IMG/VR virus record: IMGVR_UViG_3300048762_000252
Location: 1-64,000 of that record
DNA length: 64,000 bases
Reading direction: 5' to 3' (one strand)
DNA from: a virus
Lineage: Duplodnaviria > Caudoviricetes
Every line of letters begins with the position of its first letter. The stretch's first letter is position 1. The position numbers and the translations under genes are program-made. This document shows, piece after piece, positions 19,994 through 28,252 of the stretch. The notes under the pieces are model-generated. The model did not search any database. It saw only the letters and a list, made by a program, of their open reading frames with translations, and had not been told where the DNA came from.

Positions 19994-20047
19994 AAATTTA
20001 CTCCTAATTGTAGTATAGCACACTGCGGTGGCTAAAGTCAATAGGAT

Positions 20048-20566
20048 CTATTTGTTAGAAGATGAAGTTTCACGTGTGTATTCCAAATGGTGCAACAATT
20101 CGCCAAGAGAGATCGTCATGAATGTACAATACGACCAGTCTTTACCATATTGATCCAGATCTGGTCTGAAAATGTGTTCAACCTCAAAGTCTTTACCGTC
20201 AGAATGAGTACGTTGTGTAATTCTGATTTCGGAATTGAATCCTGGTTTTCGAAATTTGATTTGGCGTCCAACTTTTGTGTCTTCGGTATCAACAATGAGC
20301 CAGCCGTAATTAGCCAATGCTCGAATCCAGCGATAGAAGATCGAATCCGAAGATTGTGCCTCATGTGCAACTTCAGGCGGTGGCGCACTAGCTGTGGGTC
20401 TAGCGCTGGCGGGTTTGAAAGCCCCAACCGTGAATTTGCACGCTACCTTATATTTCAACGATAGCCGGATGGCAGCGAGACGAGCGGCATCACCTTCTTG
20501 GGTGGTGCCGGGACGGTCGGCCAAACGAATGAGTGCAGCAATCTTCTCACGTATATGATCTTGCAT
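20048..20566 (-). CDS. DUF2786-like N-terminal domain protein
   Basis: IREKIAALIRLADRPGTTQEGDAARLAAIRL; late promoter GATAAATA 6 nt before ATG. Confidence 0.55.
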   Translation of the reverse strand: MQDHIREKIAALIRLADRPGTTQEGDAARLAAIRLSLKYKVACKFTVGAFKPASARPTASAPPPEVAHEAQSSDSIFYRWIRALANYGWLIVDTEDTKVGRQIKFRKPGFNSEIRITQRTHSDGKDFEVEHIFRPDLDQYGKDWSYCTFMTISLGELLHHLEYTRETSSSNK

Positions 20567-20606
20567 TAACGCTATTTATCATACCGTAAGAAGAAAATTT
20601 GTCAAA

Positions 20607-21473
20607 TCATTTACCCGCTGTTAGGAGTGGCGTAGCACTTTTCAGTCGCTTTGGTTTTGACGTTTTGACATGCGGATATGTTTGACGAAACACACCATCG
20701 AATGGATACATCTTACGAATGCCAGCTTTCATTTGACTGGAAATATCGAATGATGCCATACCGTTTTTCATTTCACGATCTTCGCCATAAGGATCGTACT
20801 TTGTGACCATTGTGGGTGGTTGGACATTTTGCAGAAAACTACCAGAGTGGTTACCATTGGTTACCCATTGCGAATTGCATGAACCACAATGATAAAAACC
20901 AACTTCAGCGCCACCACCAGAGTTGACTACACAGCAACCACAGAACTCGCAGATGTACTGACCTTTTTTGTTCATCCAGTATTCATCGTTACCAGAAGTG
21001 AGATAATAACGAGTCATTCGGTTCATGCGTTCGGAAGTCATATGTTCGGCACAAAGTCCGCTACTGTCGCCGCCATACCAAATTTCACTGTCTGGAATGT
21101 TGAACACGCACCACATCAGAATGAATGAGAGAGTTTTCCAATCACCACGAGCGTAATCTTCGCCGTAGTAACGGTCACTTACATGGACTTCGAGAAATTG
21201 TTCGTTGGGTTCGGCTACAATGTCATCGCCATCTTGTGAATAGACGGTCTCATTCGGATTGAAGTTGGGATAATCTTTGGGATACTTTTTGGCCCATTTA
21301 CGATTTTCTTCCAAGACGAATGAAATTGCGTGCCGGTTTTCTTCGGGTCGCAAGAAAAAATTGTCAGGTCCAATCACACTCGTAAGCTGTGCGGACAGGC
21401 GACGAAGCTGTGTGGAATTTAACCAGGACTCCGGTTTAACGATCTTGATAAGGATGCGTGCGTCTACTCCCAT
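20607..21473 (-). CDS. Hypothetical protein with Zn-ribbon
   Basis: 288-aa ORF; CEFC...CGSC. Confidence 0.75.
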   Translation of the reverse strand: MGVDARILIKIVKPESWLNSTQLRRLSAQLTSVIGPDNFFLRPEENRHAISFVLEENRKWAKKYPKDYPNFNPNETVYSQDGDDIVAEPNEQFLEVHVSDRYYGEDYARGDWKTLSFILMWCVFNIPDSEIWYGGDSSGLCAEHMTSERMNRMTRYYLTSGNDEYWMNKKGQYICEFCGCCVVNSGGGAEVGFYHCGSCNSQWVTNGNHSGSFLQNVQPPTMVTKYDPYGEDREMKNGMASFDISSQMKAGIRKMYPFDGVFRQTYPHVKTSKPKRLKSATPLLTAGK

Positions 21474-21746
21474 ATGATCTACTGAAAACCTTCTCCGTAA
21501 TGCTCACCGCTGCAATCGGATTTGCCGCATAATTCGCATTTCCAGTTCTTCCATTTCTCGTTCTCCGCAACATTCTCCACAATGATGTGTTCGTCCATTG
21601 CATCTGCGGAAAATGGCTCGATCTCGAATCCAGATTTCGCATATAGGTCTGAGCCTAATATGTCGATAATCTGTTGTGCTATTTCAGCAGTCGAAAGAAC
21701 AGCGATTCGATTTGTTTTGTCGTAAATTACTTGGAAGAGTTCCATA

Positions 21747-22172
21747 TCACCAACCAGTCTTGTCACTCCAATGCGGCCCGGTATCGAACGAAGCGCCACG
21801 CATATCTTGGCGATCACCAAAGTCCGGTACTTCGACTTCGCCGGATGTGCCAGGAACAGAACCGGGCATTCTTTCTTTGCAGGTGCGCTGTGTCATTTCT
21901 TTGTGACCACATGAAGCGCATGTGCGTGACCACTGCTTTGTCGTAGACGCTGGAATATACATCGGTCCCTGCCAATCCACACCCATTGTGCCAGGAGGGT
22001 CGCCTTGCGTTTGGTAGCCTTTGCGTTCGATGGGTTCGTAGACCGTTTTACCCCACTTGTGTCGAAGAACTCGGCAAGCTTGTACTTCATGATCCAAACG
22101 ACTCTTCAACGATTCAAGTTGAGATTCTGCCGTGGCAATCTCATGCCGCATTTGTTCAATTGATTTCAACAT
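21747..22172 (-). CDS. Hypothetical protein (coiled coil + Zn-ribbon)
   Basis: ORF; CASCG motif. Confidence 0.65.
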   Translation of the reverse strand: MLKSIEQMRHEIATAESQLESLKSRLDHEVQACRVLRHKWGKTVYEPIERKGYQTQGDPPGTMGVDWQGPMYIPASTTKQWSRTCASCGHKEMTQRTCKERMPGSVPGTSGEVEVPDFGDRQDMRGASFDTGPHWSDKTGW

Positions 22173-22329
22173 GATCTGTCTGTTCTTTTAGGACAGCCTT
22201 TACTGCGTCTCGCCATGCGTCCCATTGCTCTGACGTAGGGTTCATCGTGTTCAGAACCGCCGATTGTGCTCTCATCATTTCCCGTTCGGCTACTATGCGG
22301 CTGGTCATTTGTCTCCTAAACTGGTTTAA

Positions 22330-22357
22330 CGGCGCACCGGATATCCGATGCGCCGTC
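22330..22357 (-). terminator. Hairpin downstream of Ku
   Basis: ACGGCGCA..GGATATCC..TGCGCCGT inverted repeat. Confidence 0.55.
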
Positions 22358-22371
22358 AGTGATGTGCGGAC

Positions 22372-23205
22372 CTAAGCGGGAACCTTCACGCCATTGGCCT
22401 TAAGGGAAGCGAGTAACGCAGCCATAAGATCATCGGCGGCGTTGGTAGGAGCAGCGGTTTCGGAGGGAACCGGGTTGCCCTTGGCTTCAGCAACCTTACG
22501 AGCGATGAGTGCTTCGAGTTTCACAGAGTCGCTGGAAGTCAGTGCCGTAGGATCGAAGTGACCGGCCAACTGAGAAACCAGAGTGGTGCCCACCATGACC
22601 ATTTCATCGGTTACGGCGAATGTGGGGCGTTGAATGTCGATGGAGCGGACTTCGTTGCTGTTGAAGAGCGTGTGCAACATCAGACGGCCAGCGGTGGCTC
22701 GGACGATGACGTTGTGCTCTTTGCCACGCATTTCGAGCTTGGCCTGACCGACCAAACCGTTAACTTCCATGACTCTCAGAAGCAGAGCATAGTTGACAAC
22801 GGCCTTGGGATTGGCGGATTTGTCCTTCTTGTCCACATTGGGAACCAGGAAGTAGGACTTGTCGTAGAACAGCGGATCAACTTCGGTCAGCGGGATGAAA
22901 CTGGTGATGTCGAGTTGCTTGCTGGAAGTTGCCTTGGTTGAATCGAGTTCAGCTTTGGAGATGACAACGAAGTTTTCGTCGCCCATTTCGTAACCACGTT
23001 CCAGATCGTTCCACGGGATGACTTTCCCGGCAACGGCATACTGTTGGGTGGGTTTTACATAGACGCCATTGGCGTCCTTTGCTACGAGGTTGAGACCGGA
23101 GCCTTCTTCTCGGGCGGCGGCGAAGATCTTGGCTTCAAGATTGGCGAATGTGCCAAAGGAAACCGTAACGTTTGCGATACTACGAGTACTGATTGAGCTA
23201 GGCAT
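22372..23205 (-). CDS. ku: Ku DNA end-binding protein (prokaryotic NHEJ Ku family)
   Basis: VSFG, LERGYE, FVVI, LDITSFIP..EVDPLFYDKSYFLVP, LMLHTL...EVR, DLMAALLASL motifs; TTGACA promoter at about 23285. Confidence 0.92.
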   Translation of the reverse strand: MPSSISTRSIANVTVSFGTFANLEAKIFAAAREEGSGLNLVAKDANGVYVKPTQQYAVAGKVIPWNDLERGYEMGDENFVVISKAELDSTKATSSKQLDITSFIPLTEVDPLFYDKSYFLVPNVDKKDKSANPKAVVNYALLLRVMEVNGLVGQAKLEMRGKEHNVIVRATAGRLMLHTLFNSNEVRSIDIQRPTFAVTDEMVMVGTTLVSQLAGHFDPTALTSSDSVKLEALIARKVAEAKGNPVPSETAAPTNAADDLMAALLASLKANGVKVPA

Positions 23206-23480
23206 TGAGTACCCTTTCTTTTGTTGCCCGGTTTGTTGTTGCTACCGTGCTAACAATTCCAGGATAGCGCACTTTAGATGCATTTGTCAAGAGCCTTTTG
23301 AAAGATTTTAGAAACGGCATTTTAAGCGGGCATGGAAAGGCTGACCGATGAAGTTCCGGCGAAGTATCGCTCAAAAAGAACGTGAAACCGTCCTTGCCCA
23401 TGCGGGTGGCGTCAATTGTCAAGATTACTACCGGGCTGCACCTATGATATTAGCAATAGCAGCGCTAAATAAATTATGGT

Positions 23481-24185
23481 ATGGCTTCTGGAATCTACAA
23501 AATAACGTGTCCTTTGAGCGATAAAACGTATATTGGATCGGCTGTGAATATTGAAAATAGATGGGCAGCACATCGCAGTAGGTTAAATAATAATAAGCAC
23601 GAAAATGCTCACCTTCAAAATGCTTGGAATAAATATGGCGAAGAATTATTTAATTTTTTCGTAGTTGAAAATGTAGAAGATCCCATTCAATTAATCGTTA
23701 CTGAACAAAAATGGATTGATTCTTTTTTACCAGAAATGCTATTTAATATTTGTCTTACTGCTGGTTCGCCAATACGCAAACTCACTGAAGAAACTAAACA
23801 AAAAATACGTAAATCAAATTTGGGGAAAAAAAGAACGCAAAAAACTTGTAAAAATATATCTGAATCTAAAATGGGACATGTTGTATCGGAAAAAACTCGG
23901 CAAAAAATGTCTGATGCTGCTAAAGGACGACAGCATACACCAGATGCAAAACAAAAAATTGCTGACTCGTTAGTAAAAATGTGGGGTAAAATATCAAACG
24001 AAACTAGACAAAAAATTTTAGAAAATTTAAAATACGAAAGGAAAGGAAGAATATCCAATTTTAAAGGCAAAAAGCATTCTGCTGAGTCTATTCAAAAAAT
24101 ATCAATTGCACGTCAAGGGAAAATTGCTTCACTACATCCACCAGAAGCTAAGACATATTGGGCAAAACATCAGGAGTCAATTTAA
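23481..24185 (+). CDS. GIY-YIG homing endonuclease with NUMOD3 repeats
   Basis: SGIYKI...YIGS...RWAAH...HLQNAWNKYG. Confidence 0.92.
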   Translation: MASGIYKITCPLSDKTYIGSAVNIENRWAAHRSRLNNNKHENAHLQNAWNKYGEELFNFFVVENVEDPIQLIVTEQKWIDSFLPEMLFNICLTAGSPIRKLTEETKQKIRKSNLGKKRTQKTCKNISESKMGHVVSEKTRQKMSDAAKGRQHTPDAKQKIADSLVKMWGKISNETRQKILENLKYERKGRISNFKGKKHSAESIQKISIARQGKIASLHPPEAKTYWAKHQESI

Positions 24186-24881
24186 ATGGCGGAAAAAATT
24201 TCTCAATATTTTAATCAAATTAACGCAAAAACTGAGCAACGTTTGTTGGATGATCTTTTGTGCGAGAGTCTACGTATCAATGGTATGACTATTTTTTATG
24301 TTCCTCGCACGTTGGTGAAAGTTGATCCTATCTTTGGAGAAGACACATTAAGCTGTTTTGAAAAATATTTTTCTATTCCAATGTATTTTGATAATCCCGG
24401 TGCAGGCTTTGAAGGGGACAAATATTTGATAAGCAAATTTGGAATGGAGATGCGTGAGCAAGCTAATTTCATAGTAAGCAGACGAATGTTTAATGCTGCT
24501 GTAAGATATGATGGATACAATTCTTTACCAATTACAAAGCTTAGTGTAAGGGAACAAAGGCCACTTGAGGGCGATCTTTTGTATGTCCCGTTAACCAATG
24601 ATCTATTTCAAATACAATTTGTAGATCATGAATATGTAGGACCGTCTACTGCATTCTATGCATTGGGGCAACGTTATTTATGGCGCTTGTCGGTCCAGAA
24701 ATATGACTACAGCCACGAAACAATCAACACTGGAAAACCTGAGATAGACCGAGTGCAGCAGTTCTTCAAGAATGTAGATAGTGTGAAAAATGATCCTCTT
24801 GCTGAAAACGATGAGTTACTTAAAGAAGGCAAAGAGATTATTTCAACAGATGAAAAAAATATTTTTGGAGATCCGGTCTAA
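24186..24881 (+). CDS. gp14: Neck protein (T4 gp14-like)
   Basis: YVPRTLVKVDPIFGED, SKFG, RPLEGDLLY, FYALG motifs. Confidence 0.92.
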   Translation: MAEKISQYFNQINAKTEQRLLDDLLCESLRINGMTIFYVPRTLVKVDPIFGEDTLSCFEKYFSIPMYFDNPGAGFEGDKYLISKFGMEMREQANFIVSRRMFNAAVRYDGYNSLPITKLSVREQRPLEGDLLYVPLTNDLFQIQFVDHEYVGPSTAFYALGQRYLWRLSVQKYDYSHETINTGKPEIDRVQQFFKNVDSVKNDPLAENDELLKEGKEIISTDEKNIFGDPV

Positions 24882-25558
24882 TGCTTCAAAATTTGCCATA
24901 TTATTGGGGAACGATCCGCAAAGTGGTCGTTGCGTTCGGAGCCATTTTTTCGGACATTCATATTGTTCGTGAAGACAAAGACGGCAATTTGGTGCAAACG
25001 ATTCAGGTTCCATGTGAGTTCGGCCCAAAGGAAAAGTGGATGACTCGCAATACTCAAAATCCAATGCCGGGTGTAGACGATCAAGTTGAAATGGTGTTGC
25101 CACGTATGAGTTATGAGGTCAATGGATTCACTTATGATTCGGTACGCAAACTCACCAGTACAGGCAAGACAGTACAAGCAGTTACTAACAATAATAAAGT
25201 TTTGTCTTCGCAATTCAATCCAGTTCCGTACAACATTGGGTTCACGCTTAATGTTATGACGAAAACCATCGAAGATGGTCTAATGATTATCGAACAAATA
25301 TTACCGTTCTTCACACCAGATTACACGATCACAGTGAAAGACATGCCGGAATTAGATCTGTTGAAAGATTTGCCGGTAATATTGAATAACACGACATATG
25401 AAGATACATGGGATGGTCAGTTGAAACAGCGTCGAAATGTTACCTGGACAATGCAATTTATTGTAAAGGCTTATCTATATCCGCCAGTGGGTCTCAAGAA
25501 GATCAATTTGCAGACGGATGTCAATTGGCGCTTAAATCAGCCGCCAACGGAAAGTTAA
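24881..25558 (+). CDS. gp15: Tail sheath stabiliser/tail terminator (T4 gp15-like)
   Basis: YYWGTIRKVVVAFG, LPRMSYE, IIEQILPFFTP motifs. Confidence 0.93.
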   Translation: MLQNLPYYWGTIRKVVVAFGAIFSDIHIVREDKDGNLVQTIQVPCEFGPKEKWMTRNTQNPMPGVDDQVEMVLPRMSYEVNGFTYDSVRKLTSTGKTVQAVTNNNKVLSSQFNPVPYNIGFTLNVMTKTIEDGLMIIEQILPFFTPDYTITVKDMPELDLLKDLPVILNNTTYEDTWDGQLKQRRNVTWTMQFIVKAYLYPPVGLKKINLQTDVNWRLNQPPTES

Positions 25559-25559
25559 A

Positions 25560-25889
25560 ATGCCAATTCCAGGTTTACTCGAAGATGATCGATTCGTTCC
25601 GGCTCCAGGTTCAACTCCTGGTAATGTCACTGTAATTTTTAGTATAGTTGAAACTGCACAACAACAAGAGATTCGTGGAAATAGTTTGATTTTAAATCGA
25701 ACTCGTTATATTTTAGGAGCGTCACGAATTCAATCCACAACACCAAATACAACACTTGTTATTATGACAGGCAAAATCAGAATTCGAAATCCTCTTTGTT
25801 TTTTGCCAGGATTTCAACAAGCACCGCTTCTGACCAACACTGAAATACAAACGCAATCGCAAAGAGGTGTTTCAGGTATTACTAAATAA
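25560..25889 (+). CDS. Small protein with GASRIQ-type repeats
   Basis: ILGASRIQS, MTGKIRI, QRGVSGI resemble the repeat protein at 1-5399. Confidence 0.6.
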   Translation: MPIPGLLEDDRFVPAPGSTPGNVTVIFSIVETAQQQEIRGNSLILNRTRYILGASRIQSTTPNTTLVIMTGKIRIRNPLCFLPGFQQAPLLTNTEIQTQSQRGVSGITK

Positions 25890-25895
25890 AATCGA

Positions 25896-26414
25896 ATGTC
25901 AAACCTTAAATCAGTCAACGAGAAAATGAATGAGATTTTGAATCTTGCTTCGCCACCTGAAGATGAGATGGCGCTTGTTCCAACCAAAAAAGAAATCGTA
26001 TCTTCTGGTAATCCAGATCGGGATATGATGGATGATTATAGTGTAGTGCGAAGCGGACTTCATGCCTTGATTGAAAAGGGAACTGATTTGGTTACCGATG
26101 CGAATTTCTTTGCCCACGAGAAACAGGACGGAAGAACGGTAGAGGCCGCATCAATGGCAATAAAAGAAGCCAGAGAAAACTTGGTGGCTTTGCTCAATTT
26201 ACATAAAACTCGTAAAGAGATTGAACGAGTATCAACTACTTCTCCTGGTGGCGACACAAATATCCAGAACAATGCTGTATTTGTAGGAACCACTGGTGAC
26301 CTTTTAAGACTCACAAAGGACATGAATACAGGTAGTATCCTGGCCGATGCTCTTAAAACTATTGATGTGGAACCAGAAAGAAAGGCATTAACTGCTGGTA
26401 CGGACGAAGAGTAA
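25896..26414 (+). CDS. gp16: Terminase small subunit
   Basis: DDYSVVRSGL, NIQNNAVFVGTTGDLL; upstream of gp17. Confidence 0.88.
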   Translation: MSNLKSVNEKMNEILNLASPPEDEMALVPTKKEIVSSGNPDRDMMDDYSVVRSGLHALIEKGTDLVTDANFFAHEKQDGRTVEAASMAIKEARENLVALLNLHKTRKEIERVSTTSPGGDTNIQNNAVFVGTTGDLLRLTKDMNTGSILADALKTIDVEPERKALTAGTDEE

Positions 26415-26471
26415 TTGTACCAATCGGTATATAAAATTGTCCCAAAATATATACCACAAAATCTCATTTTC

Positions 26472-26479
26472 TATAAATA
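26472..26479 (+). promoter_or_regulatory. Late promoter TATAAATA, 6 nt before terminase ATG
   Basis: Exact consensus. Confidence 0.8.
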
Positions 26480-26485
26480 ATTATC

Positions 26486-28168
26486 ATGCCACGCTCAAAC
26501 TCCAACGCCTATCTTGGGAACAAAAAGCTTAAAGGCGAAGGAGTATCTGTGGCTCTGACTCTTTCACAAATTGAAGAATATCAAAAGTGCTATAACGATC
26601 CGATCTATTTCATTCGTAACTATGTCAAGATTATCAATGTGGACAAAGGTGAGATCTTTTTTGATCTCTGGCCATTTCAAGAAGAAATGATTTATAAGTT
26701 TATTAAACATAGATTTAACATCATTCGCTGTCCGAGACAAGTTGGAAAGTCATTAACAGCATGTTCTTTTTTATTGTGGATGATTCTTTTTAAAGAAAAT
26801 CAAAACATTGCAATTCTAGCAAACAAGTTTAAAACTTCTCAGAAACTTTTGGCTGACTTAAAGAAATCCTATATGTCGTTGCCTTTATGGATACAACAAG
26901 GTGTCAAAGAATGGAACAAAGGAAACATCGAGCTAGAAAACGGCTGTATGATTATGGCGTCATCAACGTCTTCTGATGCCATCCGTGGTAACGCATTTAA
27001 CCTAATCTTTCTTGATGAGTTTGCATTCGTACCAGCGCATATTGCAGAAGAGTTTTTCAACTCTGTTTATCCTACTATTACTTCTGGTGAAACCACAAAG
27101 GTCATCATTGTCTCGACGCCGAAAGGCATGAACATGTATCACAAAATGTGGACTGAAGCAAATAACCCACGAAATTCACAAGATCCAACTGTTCAGTGGA
27201 ATGGTTATGAACCAACTTCAATTCATTGGAGTATGGTTCCTAAACCGGATGGAACCGGATTGAGAGATGCTGGATGGAAAAAAGTCACCATTGCACATAG
27301 TAGCGAAGCTCAATTTCGTCAAGAATTTGAATGTGAGTTCATCGGTTCTTCCAACACGTTGATTTCGCCAGAACGTTTGGCAACTTTAACATGGGGAAGT
27401 CCGCTTCATCAGTATCCAGCTAAGTATTCTAAATTTGATGGGACAGAAACTTATTTGGATGTTCATATAGAGCCAATACCGGGCCATCAATATGTGCTTT
27501 GTGCGGATGTGGCAGGCGGAAAAGAACTAGATTTTTCAGCATATGTTGTTATTGACATTACAGAAATGCCATACAAAGTAGTGGCCAAATACAAATCAGA
27601 CAAGATTTCTCCAATGCTTTTCCCGGATGTAATTACCCAGGCTGCGACTAAGTATAATGGTGCTTATGTTCTTGTTGAGACTAACGACAACGATGTGGCA
27701 AAAACACTTCAAATTGACCTAGAATACGAAAATTTGATTACAACCAACAAGAAAGGAAAAGCAACTCAGGTTGGTGGCGGATTTACCAAAAATGCAGAAT
27801 TTGGTTTAAGGACAGACAAAGCGACAAAAAGAATCGGTTGTAGCAACCTTAAGACTTTAATTGAAGGCGATAAGTTGATTATTCGGGACTATCATATCAT
27901 CTTAGAGTTGCATTCCTTTGTGGCGAATACAAGAGGATCTTTTTCAGCAGAAGAAGGAAAACATGATGATTTGGTGATGTGCTTGGTCAATTTTGGTTGG
28001 TTGGTGAATCAAAAGTACTTCAAAGAATTGACTGATGTTGATGTGTATAGCCAACTTAAGCAAGATTATGATGAAACTGTAGATGAAATGGCTCCGGCTG
28101 GTTTCGGAATGACTAATGGATTGAATAGCGATATTACATTTTATGATGACGACGGATATCGCCTATAG
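26486..28168 (+). CDS. gp17: Terminase large subunit
   Basis: PRQVGKS Walker A, IFLDEFAF Walker B, STPKG, FRQEFEC, HDDLVM nuclease motif; no intein or intron. Confidence 0.97.
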   Translation: MPRSNSNAYLGNKKLKGEGVSVALTLSQIEEYQKCYNDPIYFIRNYVKIINVDKGEIFFDLWPFQEEMIYKFIKHRFNIIRCPRQVGKSLTACSFLLWMILFKENQNIAILANKFKTSQKLLADLKKSYMSLPLWIQQGVKEWNKGNIELENGCMIMASSTSSDAIRGNAFNLIFLDEFAFVPAHIAEEFFNSVYPTITSGETTKVIIVSTPKGMNMYHKMWTEANNPRNSQDPTVQWNGYEPTSIHWSMVPKPDGTGLRDAGWKKVTIAHSSEAQFRQEFECEFIGSSNTLISPERLATLTWGSPLHQYPAKYSKFDGTETYLDVHIEPIPGHQYVLCADVAGGKELDFSAYVVIDITEMPYKVVAKYKSDKISPMLFPDVITQAATKYNGAYVLVETNDNDVAKTLQIDLEYENLITTNKKGKATQVGGGFTKNAEFGLRTDKATKRIGCSNLKTLIEGDKLIIRDYHIILELHSFVANTRGSFSAEEGKHDDLVMCLVNFGWLVNQKYFKELTDVDVYSQLKQDYDETVDEMAPAGFGMTNGLNSDITFYDDDGYRL

Positions 28169-28252
28169 TTAAAATTTCCATAAGCCTAAATAAGTTGTGA
28201 AGCATTTTTTCAATAAAATGATGATAAACCAAGATTAGAAAGGAGACTACAT

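Noticed and set aside
23198-23422. 74-aa ORF upstream of Ku
   Set aside because: Spans the Ku promoter and RBS with no translation signals; likely non-coding
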